Below, piece after piece: positions 19,052 to 29,117 of a DNA stretch of 64,000 bases (its first letter is position 1; every line of letters starts with the position of its first letter). This stretch comes from Nitrososphaerota archaeon (GTDB lineage Archaea; Thermoproteota; Nitrososphaeria_A; Caldarchaeales; Calditenuaceae). The translations under genes were made by a program, and so were the position numbers. The notes beneath the pieces were generated by a model. That model was given only the letters and a program-made list of their open reading frames with translations, did not search any database and was not told the origin of the DNA. The DNA lies in assembly GCA_041641295.1 (NCBI GenBank), contig JBEPYO010000001.1:704001-768000 (forward strand), in the 5' to 3' direction.

Positions 19052-20056
19052 TCAGGGACGCAATGAATGTAGGCTTTGAGCCTTTTTGAAGAGTAGGTCT
19101 CTATAAGCGAATATAGCAGGTATGCCTCCCGTATGTATAAAAACTACGTTCTCATGGGCGCCAATCATGCCCTGTTGGATCATATAGATTAGACCGGCCA
19201 TGGCTTTCCCTGAGTATACGGGGTCGAGAATTATTCCTTCGAGCCTTGCCGTAAGTAGTATGGCGTCGATGACTTCCTTGGTGGCTTCACCATAATCGCC
19301 ATACCCATCTAGTACTTCTACGGTACTAGGTAGTTTTTCTTTGTCTAAGTTGATAAGCTCGGCCCCTTTCTCTATAAAGTTGCGTATCCGTGATATGGTT
19401 GTGGCTCGATCATATGCTGCTGAATTTACTCCTATAACCTTAACCCTTTTTCCCGCGGCTGCGAATCCGAGGACTAGGCCAGGCTGCGTCGGCCCACCAC
19501 TAGTGGCATGCACTACATAGTCTACCTCCACGCCAAGCCGCGCCGACTGCTCCACTATTTCTCGTGCACAATCATAGTACCCCAAGACACCGACCACAGG
19601 CTCATCAGTGATTATAGCAGGATTATGCCCCTTAGCTCTATACTCTTCTGCGACCTCTTGCATCACACTTGTGACATCATCTCTTATTGAGGCCTCTACT
19701 ATTCGCACATCCGCCCCCATCAAATAGTCTAGAAACAGGTTGCCAGTATAGTCAATATTCGCTCCTTTAAACTGGGCAGTCCTCAGGACTAATACCGGCT
19801 TGATTCCAAGCATTCTCGCAGCCGCTGTGATTTGTCTAGCCCAATTAGATTGAATCCCAGATGTGGCAATCACTACATCGGCTCCCCTGCTCAGAATCTC
19901 CCCCAGCACGTATTCTAATATGCGAGTCTTATTCCCCCCAAGTGCAAGACCAGTCAAGTCGTCCCTCTTTACATATATCCGCGGTCCCTTGAGATGGCTG
20001 GACAAGTTATTCATAGGGTGGAAGGGAGTAGGATAAAACCCAAGATTTACCTTCAA
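19052..20056 (-). CDS. PLP-dependent D-cysteine desulfhydrase/cysteate sulfo-lyase family enzyme
   Basis: KRDDLTG...GGNKTR, QSNWARQ, LDPVYSGKA, HTGG. Confidence 0.85.
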   Translation of the reverse strand: MKVNLGFYPTPFHPMNNLSSHLKGPRIYVKRDDLTGLALGGNKTRILEYVLGEILSRGADVVIATSGIQSNWARQITAAARMLGIKPVLVLRTAQFKGANIDYTGNLFLDYLMGADVRIVEASIRDDVTSVMQEVAEEYRAKGHNPAIITDEPVVGVLGYYDCAREIVEQSARLGVEVDYVVHATSGGPTQPGLVLGFAAAGKRVKVIGVNSAAYDRATTISRIRNFIEKGAELINLDKEKLPSTVEVLDGYGDYGEATKEVIDAILLTARLEGIILDPVYSGKAMAGLIYMIQQGMIGAHENVVFIHTGGIPAIFAYRDLLFKKAQSLHSLRP

Positions 20057-20173
20057 ATCAATAACGTTCAGTATTAAGGTTGTATTTAAGGAGATTTGCT
20101 CTGTTTTTGTGGCTGATTAGCGAGGCATGAAAATCGACATTCAACATAATCTAACGAAATATGTAGCATCGTG

Positions 20174-21319
20174 TTAGAGGCAAATACGTCTTATGAGTTC
20201 TTCGTATATTGATTGTGCCTGGTGGAGCTGTTTTATCTCTACGTATTCGTTTGGAATGTGGGCTTGCTTTACGTTTCCGGGCCCAAGTATTACTGTGGGT
20301 ATATCCAGTTTCTGATATAATGGGCCTTCGGTGCCGTATGGAGCGGTTTCGGATGCTTGTCCAGTGATCTCTTCACATAGCTTTACAAAGGGATGGTCTC
20401 GCGGCGTATTGAGTGGATCGTAGCTGAATATTTCGGTTATAGTTAGATGGAGAGTGGGGAGTTTTTCTCTGAGCCTTGATGCCAACTCTTCGAGCCGCGA
20501 ACGAATATACTCGCTACTGTGAGCTGGGATCATACGGCAGTCAACTATCATCTGACAGCTTTCCGGTATTACATTCTCCTTTATCCCACCTTCGATAATT
20601 GTCGTGGAGAGTACCGACGATCCAAGATCCGGGTCCTGTAGCTCGCCTAGTTTTTCCCTCAGGCCTATCAGCTCTACTATGAAATGCGCCGCATTCTCTA
20701 TGGCGTTTATGCCCAAGTCGGGCCTACTTGAATGGGCGCTGCGGCCACGAGAAGTTATCTTGAATATTGCACCTCCCTTGTGAGCTCTGACCACGCGGAG
20801 CTCGGTAGGCTCCCCTATAACACCGTAAAGTGCATCACCATCTCTCAGTTTTCCATCTCTAATTAGTGCTTTGAGCCCGTCGAAGTCCTTTTCCTCACCG
20901 GCTGTTGCTATGAAGATTATTCCACGCTTCAATTCTTTATCCTTAAAGGTCTCGATAGCTTTTACCAGTGCAGCTACCCCACCCTTCATGTCAGCTGCAC
21001 CTCTACCATAGAGTCTTCCTTCACGGATTCTGGGCTCAAATGCTGGTGTGTCCCACATGTTTGGATCACCAGCTGGGACGACGTCGATATGTCCTGAGAA
21101 GAGGAGCCCAGCCCTGCCCAGAGGACCTATACGCACAATAAGATTTGCCCTCTTTTCAGCAAACCTGTGCATCTCAATCTCGCACTTCTCTATATCTAGG
21201 TCGTGGAAATAGTCCTTAAGATATGCAGCGCACTCCTCCTCATTCCCCGGCGGCATCTCCGTGGGAAACGATATCAACAGGGCAGCTAATTCCTCAACCT
21301 TCACAACGTTTTCACACAT
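20174..21319 (-). CDS. M20 family amidohydrolase (ArgE/DapE-like)
   Basis: GHIDVVP, GRGAADMKGG, GEE, GEPT, AHIPNE. Confidence 0.9.
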   Translation of the reverse strand: MCENVVKVEELAALLISFPTEMPPGNEEECAAYLKDYFHDLDIEKCEIEMHRFAEKRANLIVRIGPLGRAGLLFSGHIDVVPAGDPNMWDTPAFEPRIREGRLYGRGAADMKGGVAALVKAIETFKDKELKRGIIFIATAGEEKDFDGLKALIRDGKLRDGDALYGVIGEPTELRVVRAHKGGAIFKITSRGRSAHSSRPDLGINAIENAAHFIVELIGLREKLGELQDPDLGSSVLSTTIIEGGIKENVIPESCQMIVDCRMIPAHSSEYIRSRLEELASRLREKLPTLHLTITEIFSYDPLNTPRDHPFVKLCEEITGQASETAPYGTEGPLYQKLDIPTVILGPGNVKQAHIPNEYVEIKQLHQAQSIYEELIRRICL

Positions 21320-21483
21320 TAGACGAATATAAAAATAGAGAGATGAGAGAGGAGATTGCTATTGCCGAGATAGATTGTTCGCTAGTTCTAAGCATCTGCT
21401 GTCTAGGTAGACGTCCGTTTCGGGGTCCCATGTCGGTGTCCATTAGTAAAAGGTTTTTAGCATATATTCAGTTTCTAGATTTG

Positions 21484-21903
21484 ATGGGAAGAGCCCTTCA
21501 TTTGATTCTATTTTGTGGCTCTATCGCGTCGCTGACTGTGAACTGGATTTGGGTTAATCTTCCCTTCTCTTTTATGGGTTTAAGAGGGCGCCAAGCCGTC
21601 CTATTCGGCGACTTCACCTTACTCCAGACATTTCTCCTCCCCCACCCATACCTTGCTCTCTGGATTACTGGGTTTTTGTCACAGGCAGTTTCAACGGCAT
21701 TACTCCTCCCGGCTAATGTAGGTTCAAAACGCTATGTAGGCATTCTCCTGATATTCTCAGGCGTTATGACGACTACACTCACCATGCTTATCATGTGGAG
21801 GTGGCTATTCAGTCCCAACCTAGTCATGATGTACACCTTAGGCCTAGTGTGTGGACTGACTCCAATAGTTCTAGGGTTTATCCATTTGATAGTCAATAGG
21901 TAG
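21484..21903 (+). CDS. Hypothetical membrane protein (about 4 TM)
   Basis: Hydrophobic 3' part of the 21223 ORF; start moved to ATG 21484 to avoid overlapping the M20 gene. Confidence 0.5.
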   Translation: MGRALHLILFCGSIASLTVNWIWVNLPFSFMGLRGRQAVLFGDFTLLQTFLLPHPYLALWITGFLSQAVSTALLLPANVGSKRYVGILLIFSGVMTTTLTMLIMWRWLFSPNLVMMYTLGLVCGLTPIVLGFIHLIVNR

Positions 21904-22079
21904 CCGTAAGCACGCATGAAAACTATTTTCAGCAGCTAGGGAGCGTGACGGCTGAAGGGCTTGTAAATGTATTGTTAGTAAGTTAGTCATCCAATACCTG
22001 CCGAAAACAGCATCGCGTATAGTAACTAGTGCCTGTAGTAAAAATTTATATGCCGCCACCGTTGTTCACAACTCCGAAT

Positions 22080-23393
22080 ATGACTGAAAAACCAAAGTCG
22101 AATAGGCGTGCCTTTCTAGGAACCGTCGCAGGGACTGTAGGCGGGTTAGTCGTCGGCGCCGCCTTGGGATCTTTAGCTTTCCCACAGCGGATCGTCCAAG
22201 AAGTAACACGGGAGGTTGAGGTGCCTGTTGCTAAGAAGGGCTGGGAGGGCAGACGCTGGATACCAATCGTTAACAAGTATATGACCTTCAAAGAGGTTCA
22301 GGACACGTTAGCGAGTGAAGGAAAGCTTATAATGGCTAATTGGACATACTGGGGCTTGGTCGATACGGCCTTCGTCCAAGAGTTTAAGGATTATGTGGCT
22401 ATGATGTACGATGTGAATGTCGATATTGACATTCTTGGGACCCAAGAGGCTAAGGGTGGATTCATGTTCCAGCTTTATTCAGCATATTCGGCAGGTCTTA
22501 AAGCACCATACGACATAATGCACATCGAAGAGAATTTCTTCGAAGAGGCTGTTGCAAAAGGAATAGCCGTGCCCTTCCTACCATCACCCCTAGTGCCTAA
22601 CACAGCAATGGTTGACTATTACTTCTTAAGAATGCCGTACGGAATACAGTTTCAGCAGCATGGCCTCGCGAATTTCACTGTGAACACGAAGCAGGTAGGT
22701 GATTGGTTTAATTCTTGGCGTGCGCTGGCAGACAAGAGGCTTGAGGGGAAAATAACGTTATGGGTGTTTGAGGACAACGGCTTCTGGGGATGGCTCGTCG
22801 TAATGGCGCAGGAACTGGGCAAGAACTACAAGAATCCCCAGGAGATGAGGGAGGTGCTTAAGTGGATAGCCGATAACATCCATCCGAACGTATTAAAGTA
22901 TACCAGTGATGAAGCCGAGTTAGATGAGCTGCTTGGCAGGGACATAAGTTGGGCTTCTGCATACTGGTGTGCCCTAGGTGAGGGATACTCTGTAACTAGA
23001 CCAGAGCTTAAGGGAAGCCAAGTTTTACCTTGGAAGTTTAACAGCCAGCACCCGAACCTGCCGGGCGTCCTATGGATTCCGAAGGATGTTGAGCATCCTC
23101 TCCTCGCACAGGTGGCTGCTGACTGGTTGATTAGCCCACTCCACCAACTCCCCGACATAAACAAATACAAACAATACACTAAAGAACTCTGGCTAAGGGC
23201 AGAGGAAGGACCACTGGGCCCCGATTATGAGCAATATGTGCCCGATTGGGTTAACGCTCTTGGACCCAAAGGCATATATGAAGTCTACCCAACAATCGAG
23301 GAAGCACGAAAGTTCCCGAAGATCGATTGGCTCTATGTGAATGAGCATGCCCCAGAATGGATCAATATCTATAAAGAATTGATAGGCGCCTAA
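22080..23393 (+). CDS. ABC transporter substrate-binding protein (PotD-like) with twin-arginine signal
   Basis: SNRRAFLG followed by a hydrophobic stretch; heads the ABC operon; start moved to ATG 22080. Confidence 0.8.
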   Translation: MTEKPKSNRRAFLGTVAGTVGGLVVGAALGSLAFPQRIVQEVTREVEVPVAKKGWEGRRWIPIVNKYMTFKEVQDTLASEGKLIMANWTYWGLVDTAFVQEFKDYVAMMYDVNVDIDILGTQEAKGGFMFQLYSAYSAGLKAPYDIMHIEENFFEEAVAKGIAVPFLPSPLVPNTAMVDYYFLRMPYGIQFQQHGLANFTVNTKQVGDWFNSWRALADKRLEGKITLWVFEDNGFWGWLVVMAQELGKNYKNPQEMREVLKWIADNIHPNVLKYTSDEAELDELLGRDISWASAYWCALGEGYSVTRPELKGSQVLPWKFNSQHPNLPGVLWIPKDVEHPLLAQVAADWLISPLHQLPDINKYKQYTKELWLRAEEGPLGPDYEQYVPDWVNALGPKGIYEVYPTIEEARKFPKIDWLYVNEHAPEWINIYKELIGA

Positions 23394-23405
23394 AGATACA
23401 TTGAG

Positions 23406-24248
23406 GTGACGACATCGGTGGGGCGTCGCTGGGCAACGCTCCCTCTGATAACCCCCGCTATAGCCCTCCAATCACTCTTTTTCTTTTTGCCACTTATCAT
23501 GATCTTAATTGTGAGCTTTACATATAGGGACACATTCTTTTTTTCACCGGTTTATACTCTTGATAATTATGTCAAGATGTTTCGAATATATAGGATAGAT
23601 TTTCAGAACACATTCTTCTTGGCAGGCATGGCCGGTCTAATAGATATAATAATAGGCTACCCATTCGCCTATATCCTTCTCCGCAAAGTCACACGGTTTG
23701 CAGATGTATTCAGGGCGATACTAATCATACCCCTCTTCGGCGAGCTTTACATAGCATATGGTCTTCTTTACCTGATCCTTCCAGGCGGACCGGTTTCACG
23801 CCTCCTCGACACACTCGGCATATCACCTCTAGATGTCTTATACTCAGCCCCTATGGCGATATTTGGAATGTCGCTTTATACTCTGCCATTCGTTGTATAC
23901 AACATCGGCATATCTTTACAGGGGATAGACCGCTCTTATGAAGAGGCGGCAAGATGCTTAGGGGCTAGCAGGCTGAAGACATTTCTGAGGGTGACTCTAC
24001 CGCTAAGTCTTCCAGGAATAATAACTGGCTGGCTGACAAGTTTTGGATGGAACCTTGGAACACTTGCAATACCTGTACTTCTCGGCGGACCAATACTTGG
24101 AACCAGAGTCTTATCCAACCAAATATGGACAACCAGCCTAGTTACGTCCGACTTCGGAATGGGAGCTGCCATCGGCGTCATGGTCGTAGCAATAACTATG
24201 GTTGTCTTCTATGTTGTAGTTAAGTTTAGCAGGGGTGTCCTAATCTGA
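23406..24248 (+). CDS. ABC permease (PotB-like)
   Basis: EEAARCLGAS EAA loop, TLPLSLPG. Confidence 0.9.
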   Translation: MTTSVGRRWATLPLITPAIALQSLFFFLPLIMILIVSFTYRDTFFFSPVYTLDNYVKMFRIYRIDFQNTFFLAGMAGLIDIIIGYPFAYILLRKVTRFADVFRAILIIPLFGELYIAYGLLYLILPGGPVSRLLDTLGISPLDVLYSAPMAIFGMSLYTLPFVVYNIGISLQGIDRSYEEAARCLGASRLKTFLRVTLPLSLPGIITGWLTSFGWNLGTLAIPVLLGGPILGTRVLSNQIWTTSLVTSDFGMGAAIGVMVVAITMVVFYVVVKFSRGVLI

Positions 24249-25060
24249 TGGGCAGAGGAATGTATGAAAGGCTCTCATCCATCCTATCTTATCTTTACCT
24301 CATCCTTGTCTGTACGGCAATACTCCTACCCCTTTCAATAACTCTATACAGGGCTATTGTCGTCTATAATCCTGACGGAAGCATAACTATATCGTTCCAA
24401 TCCTACACAATGATATCCGAGGCATTTTGGGATAAAGTGCTCGTAAACGTTTCAATATCGCTGCTTACTGTGGCGATAGATGTTGCTATAGCAGTTCCGG
24501 CAGCCTATGCTCTTGTAAAATATGAACTAAAGGCCAAGAGATTAATCTTTACTTATCTTAACGGCGTCTGGTATGTTCCTGGCATATCATACGGTCTCGC
24601 ACTTGTACTAAGTTACTATTTTGTCTATAAGTTCCTCTTAGGTTTTTGGGGGTTTGTAGTTGCATATTCCACTGGCTTCATGCTTTTAGCACTCTTAACA
24701 GCGATAGTGGCCTTCAGGAACCTCGACCCTGTCTATGAAGAGGCGGCTAGGTGTCTTGGGGCTGGGAGGCTGAAAACCTTCTTCAAAGTAACGCTACCCC
24801 TTGTTGGCCCCGGCATAACAGCTGGTGTCGTCCTAATTCTTGTATTATCACTGAATGAATTCATCACAGCCCTGTTATTGTCCGGCCCCACTAGGGTTAA
24901 AACGGCCCCGCTTCAGGTTTTCAGCGACATTAGACACGCGGGGATTCAACCGTTCGTTGCCGCAGAGGCGACCGTTCTCCAACTAGTATCACTTGCCATC
25001 GTGATTCTCTATCTAAAATTCTTTGGGACAAAATATTTGAGGGGGGCCATAATGATCTAA
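24248..25060 (+). CDS. ABC permease (PotC-like)
   Basis: EEAARCLGAG EAA loop, SLNEF. Confidence 0.9.
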   Translation: MGRGMYERLSSILSYLYLILVCTAILLPLSITLYRAIVVYNPDGSITISFQSYTMISEAFWDKVLVNVSISLLTVAIDVAIAVPAAYALVKYELKAKRLIFTYLNGVWYVPGISYGLALVLSYYFVYKFLLGFWGFVVAYSTGFMLLALLTAIVAFRNLDPVYEEAARCLGAGRLKTFFKVTLPLVGPGITAGVVLILVLSLNEFITALLLSGPTRVKTAPLQVFSDIRHAGIQPFVAAEATVLQLVSLAIVILYLKFFGTKYLRGAIMI

Positions 25061-25065
25061 TCTAG

Positions 25066-26154
25066 GTGGAACTGATGACAAGAGTGGAGGCTATAGACCT
25101 CGTCAAGAGATATGGCTCATTCGTCGCTGTAGACAAAGTTACTCTCAGGGCGCGAGAAGGAGAGTTAGTAACTATCCTCGGTCCAAGTGGTTGTGGCAAA
25201 TCCACAACGCTGCGTATGCTCGCGGGTCTCATACAGCCTGATGGGGGGCGAATATTCTTCGATGAGAGAGACGTCACTTCTCTCCCTCCAGATAAGCGGA
25301 ATATAGGATTCGTATTTCAACGAGTAGCTCTATTTCCACACATGAATGTATACAAAAATGTAGCGTTTGGATTGGAAATGAGGAAAATGCCGAAAAGAGT
25401 GATTCAGGAAAGAGTGAAAGAAGCTCTGCGGCTGGTACATATGGAGGGGTATGAGGATAGAATGCCCTCCCAGCTAAGCGGTGGTCAAGCTCAAAGGGTG
25501 GAAATCGCACGCGTTCTAGCCACCGATCCTGAAGTCCTCCTCTTTGACGAGCCTCTCAGCAATATAGACGCGAAACTCAAGGACGAGCTGAAGTACGAGA
25601 TTAGAAGGATTCAGAGAGAGACTAGGAAGACATTGATATACGTGACCCACGACCAAGCTGAGGCTTTCGCTATATCAGACAGAGTTTACGTCATGAACAA
25701 TGGAAGAATAGAACAAGAAGGAACTCCACTTGAGATATACACTAACCCGAGAACACCTTTCATCGCCTCATTCATAGGGACAACTAACTTCATAGAGACG
25801 AGTTTAAAGGACTATGACGAGAAGGGTGGGATCGCGACACTTGAGGCCTCTGGACTAGAGATAAGAGTCAGGCATCCAAGCATCCTATTAGATAGGCGGA
25901 GGAGATACTTCATCAGCATAAGACCCGAAGACATAAAAGTGATTAATCCCGATGACCAGAAAAGCTATCTAAATTCTTTTAAGGGCACTGTTGAAGACGC
26001 CATCTTTATTGGAACAACCGTGAGACTGAACATAAACGTTAACGGGCTACTTCTAAAGGTTGACACTTACGGCGCTGAACGGTTCAACTTTTTGGACTCT
26101 AAGGGCAAGGAGGTTGTTATTGGGTTTGACAGCTGCACCATACTAAACATGTAA
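25066..26154 (+). CDS. ABC ATPase (PotA-like)
   Basis: GPSGCGKST, LSGGQ, DEPLSN, VTHDQ. Confidence 0.95.
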   Translation: MELMTRVEAIDLVKRYGSFVAVDKVTLRAREGELVTILGPSGCGKSTTLRMLAGLIQPDGGRIFFDERDVTSLPPDKRNIGFVFQRVALFPHMNVYKNVAFGLEMRKMPKRVIQERVKEALRLVHMEGYEDRMPSQLSGGQAQRVEIARVLATDPEVLLFDEPLSNIDAKLKDELKYEIRRIQRETRKTLIYVTHDQAEAFAISDRVYVMNNGRIEQEGTPLEIYTNPRTPFIASFIGTTNFIETSLKDYDEKGGIATLEASGLEIRVRHPSILLDRRRRYFISIRPEDIKVINPDDQKSYLNSFKGTVEDAIFIGTTVRLNINVNGLLLKVDTYGAERFNFLDSKGKEVVIGFDSCTILNM

Positions 26155-26229
26155 TTACTAAATATATTTGTATAAATGCAGGTGTTGTTTAAGCTTCTCC
26201 CTATGCAGAGGAGTGGTGGCGCTTCAAGT

Positions 26230-27012
26230 TTAGGTTTTTAACTCTTTAAGTATTTTTACGATTGTCTTCGCTTTTTCTTCTTCTGAGCCCTCGAGGAACT
26301 TTCTCAGCCTCTGGGGTGGCGCTATTGACTGGAGCTCGATTACGTCTGTCCTTGACCCTGTCTTGCCTGTGAGGTTTAAATCCAGCTCGAGGTCGTTAGC
26401 AGTCCACACTGTTATTTTGAACTCTCGTTCGGCCCATCTCTTTCTCTTAAAGTCGGGAAATCTGGGCGTGTTGCTTCCTAGCTCTACTGACACTACTACA
26501 GGTAACGGTACTTTCACCACTTCATACCCGCCTCTTACCGTGCGTTTAGCTACTACAGCTCTATCCTCTATGCTAATTTGTGATACATAGGAGATGTTGT
26601 GGTATCCGAGCCACTCGGCTATCTGGGGAGGGACCTGAGATGTTCCTGAGTCAGAGGTACTCTCGCCGCAGAGGACTATGTCTGGCTTTAGCCTTTTTAT
26701 GGCCTGGGCTAAGACATATGATGTGGCGTATGTGTCTGCCCCCGCGAAGGCTTTGTCGGAGAGGAGTATCGCGTCGTCAGCGCCCATAGCTACGCACAGC
26801 TTTAGGAAGGGCTCAAAGAATGGTGGTCCCATAGACAACACTGTGACCTTCCCACCATGCCTGTCCTTGAGTTGCAGCGCTGCCTCGACGGCGTTTTTAT
26901 CTGCATCGTTCAGCTCATTCTCAGCCGATGCCCTGTCCACTGTCTTAGTTATTGGGTCAAACCTAACTTGCTCAACCTTTGGAACAACCTTAACACACAC
27001 CACTATGTCCAT
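26230..27012 (-). CDS. etfB: Electron transfer flavoprotein beta subunit
   Basis: MDIVVCVKVVP, AGADTYATS, DSGTSQVP; start moved to ATG 27012. Confidence 0.93.
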   Translation of the reverse strand: MDIVVCVKVVPKVEQVRFDPITKTVDRASAENELNDADKNAVEAALQLKDRHGGKVTVLSMGPPFFEPFLKLCVAMGADDAILLSDKAFAGADTYATSYVLAQAIKRLKPDIVLCGESTSDSGTSQVPPQIAEWLGYHNISYVSQISIEDRAVVAKRTVRGGYEVVKVPLPVVVSVELGSNTPRFPDFKRKRWAEREFKITVWTANDLELDLNLTGKTGSRTDVIELQSIAPPQRLRKFLEGSEEEKAKTIVKILKELKT

Positions 27013-27013
27013 T

Positions 27014-27994
27014 TCATCCACCCTCCTTCTCAAGCTCCTCAACAATCCTTGGAACTAGTTTGAATAGGTCAGCTTCCACGCAGTAGTCGGAGAACTGGAA
27101 TATCGGGGCGTTTCTGTCGATGTTGACCGAGATTACTGTCTTCACATCGCGGATACCTGAGACGAAGTGTGACGCTCCACTAACTCCTAGGATTAAAGCA
27201 ATCTTAGATCTTAGGCTGACGCCTGTGGAGCCTACTTGAACGTCTCTGGGTGCAAGGCCTAGGTCTGCTAGGGGCCTCGTTACCGCCAGTTGTGCACCCA
27301 TTTTCTCGGCGAGCGTCTTGATGAGGGTGAGGTCTCCTCCGGTCCCCATCCCTGCCACAACAACTTTTTCAGCCCTCGTAATGTCCACCACCTTTGCCAC
27401 ATGCCTCTCAACTATTTTCCACCCATCTGTCGGATGGAGATCAGGGCTAAACCTTTGGATCTCCGCCTCACGCCCTGTTGGGCTCGGCTTCTCGAAAACT
27501 CCCGGCCTCACCGTCGCAATCTGTAGGACGCCTGGCCTGAATTTGCAGACAGCTACGATGCTCCCGCCAAAGCCCGGTACATGTCCTATTAGTCTCCCGT
27601 CTGAGGGGTCTATGCCGAGGTATGTTACATGGGCTATTAGTCCTGCCCCAGTCCTAACGGCCAGCCTAGCGGCTATGTCGACCCCATTATAGGTTGCTCC
27701 GAAAAGCACTGTCTCGGGTTTCTCCCTCTCAACCAGCTGGTGTAGGGCCATGGCGTGTTTCGCCGGGTCATAGACAGCCAGTTCACTGTGTTCAACATAG
27801 TACACTTTGTCGACGGGGTATCTTGAGACTTCTTTGACGATTTCTTCCATTCCCCAGCCTGTTAGGACGGCTGCAGTTCTCGTATTACTCTGAGCCCCAA
27901 GTTCAGCCGCTTTACCGATTATCTCCAATGATACATCCTCAATCCCTTCGGGCCCCACTTCCACGAAAGACCATATCTCACCCATCTTGACCAC
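27014..27994 (-). CDS. etfA: Electron transfer flavoprotein alpha subunit
   Basis: QVGSTG, GVSGASHF, NIDRNAPIF. Confidence 0.93.
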   Translation of the reverse strand: MVKMGEIWSFVEVGPEGIEDVSLEIIGKAAELGAQSNTRTAAVLTGWGMEEIVKEVSRYPVDKVYYVEHSELAVYDPAKHAMALHQLVEREKPETVLFGATYNGVDIAARLAVRTGAGLIAHVTYLGIDPSDGRLIGHVPGFGGSIVAVCKFRPGVLQIATVRPGVFEKPSPTGREAEIQRFSPDLHPTDGWKIVERHVAKVVDITRAEKVVVAGMGTGGDLTLIKTLAEKMGAQLAVTRPLADLGLAPRDVQVGSTGVSLRSKIALILGVSGASHFVSGIRDVKTVISVNIDRNAPIFQFSDYCVEADLFKLVPRIVEELEKEGG

Positions 27995-29117
27995 CTACCG
28001 CAGCTTCTAGAAGCTCCGCAACATCCATTACCCTAAGGGGTGCTTTCTGAACCTTTGCAGAGTCTTCGAAGTTTATTATGCAGTAGGGGCACGAGGTTAC
28101 CAAGATTTCTGACCCTGTTTCAACTGCTTGTTTTACCCTCATGTTTGATGGTCTCTCCTCGGGTTTTGACTCCAACAGTATCCGCCCCCCTCCTCCTCCG
28201 CAGCAGAGGGATAGTTCTTTTGAGAGGCTCATTTCTGAGAATGAAAGTTGTTTGACACTCTCTATCAGTCTTCGAGGCTGTTCGTATATCTTTGCGTATC
28301 TACCTAGATAGCATGGGTCGTGATAGGTTACTCTCGCATCTAGCTGTGCATTGAGTGATAGTTTCCCCGCGTCCATGAGCTCTGCGAGATACTCTGTGTA
28401 GTGGTGGACCTCATACTCTCCTCCATACTTGGGATAGATGTCCCGGAACATGATGTAGCAGTGGGGGGAGAGGGCTATTATCCTCCTGATACCTAGAGAG
28501 TTGAACTTGGCTATGTTCTCGCTGACCAGTTCTTCAAGGAAGTCTGTCTCACCGGCGTGAAAGACGGGGTCGCCGCAACACCTCTCTTCGTCTCCGAGGA
28601 CTGTGAAATCGACTCCTGCCTTAAGAAGGAGCTTCACTATCGCGGATGCTATTCTCTGGAGTCGTATATCGTAAGATGAGATGCATCCGATGTAGAGGAG
28701 CGTATCGCTTCTCTTCTTCGCTATGTTTGAGCCCAGCTTGTCGAGCCATTGGCCTCTTGTCCGGGAGGGGTAGCCCCACGGGTTTCCATCCTCATAGACC
28801 CTCCAGAGGGCTTGAGTGAGTTGTGCGGGGGTTCTGTTGCTCCTGAACCAGATTCTCCTCAACTCTTGAATTACTCTTGTGACTTTAACATTTCGCGGGC
28901 ATACTGATTCGCATGCCCTGCACATCATGCAGAGGTATGGGTCGATGTTTACTGGGAGGCCTAGCTGTATCCTTCGGAGAAGCTGTCTTGGGCTTAGTTT
29001 GGGGCCGTCAAATATGTTGAGGGGGCAGGCGGCCGTGCATGCTCCGCACTGGAAGCAGGCCGCAATGTTTTCGGCTAGATCCCTGTCTTTGACGAGGTCT
29101 GATAGTAGTTGGTACAT
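27978..29117 (-). CDS. HdrD/GlpC-like Fe-S oxidoreductase (2x[4Fe-4S] plus two CCG domains)
   Basis: CFQCGACTAACP, CMMCRACESVCP, ERCCG, YHDPCYLGR, CCGGGG, TSCPYC. Confidence 0.9.
   Translation of the reverse strand: MYQLLSDLVKDRDLAENIAACFQCGACTAACPLNIFDGPKLSPRQLLRRIQLGLPVNIDPYLCMMCRACESVCPRNVKVTRVIQELRRIWFRSNRTPAQLTQALWRVYEDGNPWGYPSRTRGQWLDKLGSNIAKKRSDTLLYIGCISSYDIRLQRIASAIVKLLLKAGVDFTVLGDEERCCGDPVFHAGETDFLEELVSENIAKFNSLGIRRIIALSPHCYIMFRDIYPKYGGEYEVHHYTEYLAELMDAGKLSLNAQLDARVTYHDPCYLGRYAKIYEQPRRLIESVKQLSFSEMSLSKELSLCCGGGGGRILLESKPEERPSNMRVKQAVETGSEILVTSCPYCIINFEDSAKVQKAPLRVMDVAELLEAAVGGQDG

Noticed and set aside
19052-20056. ACC deaminase
   Set aside because: Has DPVYSGK and HTGG rather than the Glu/Leu residues (DPVYEGK, HLGG) of true ACC deaminases
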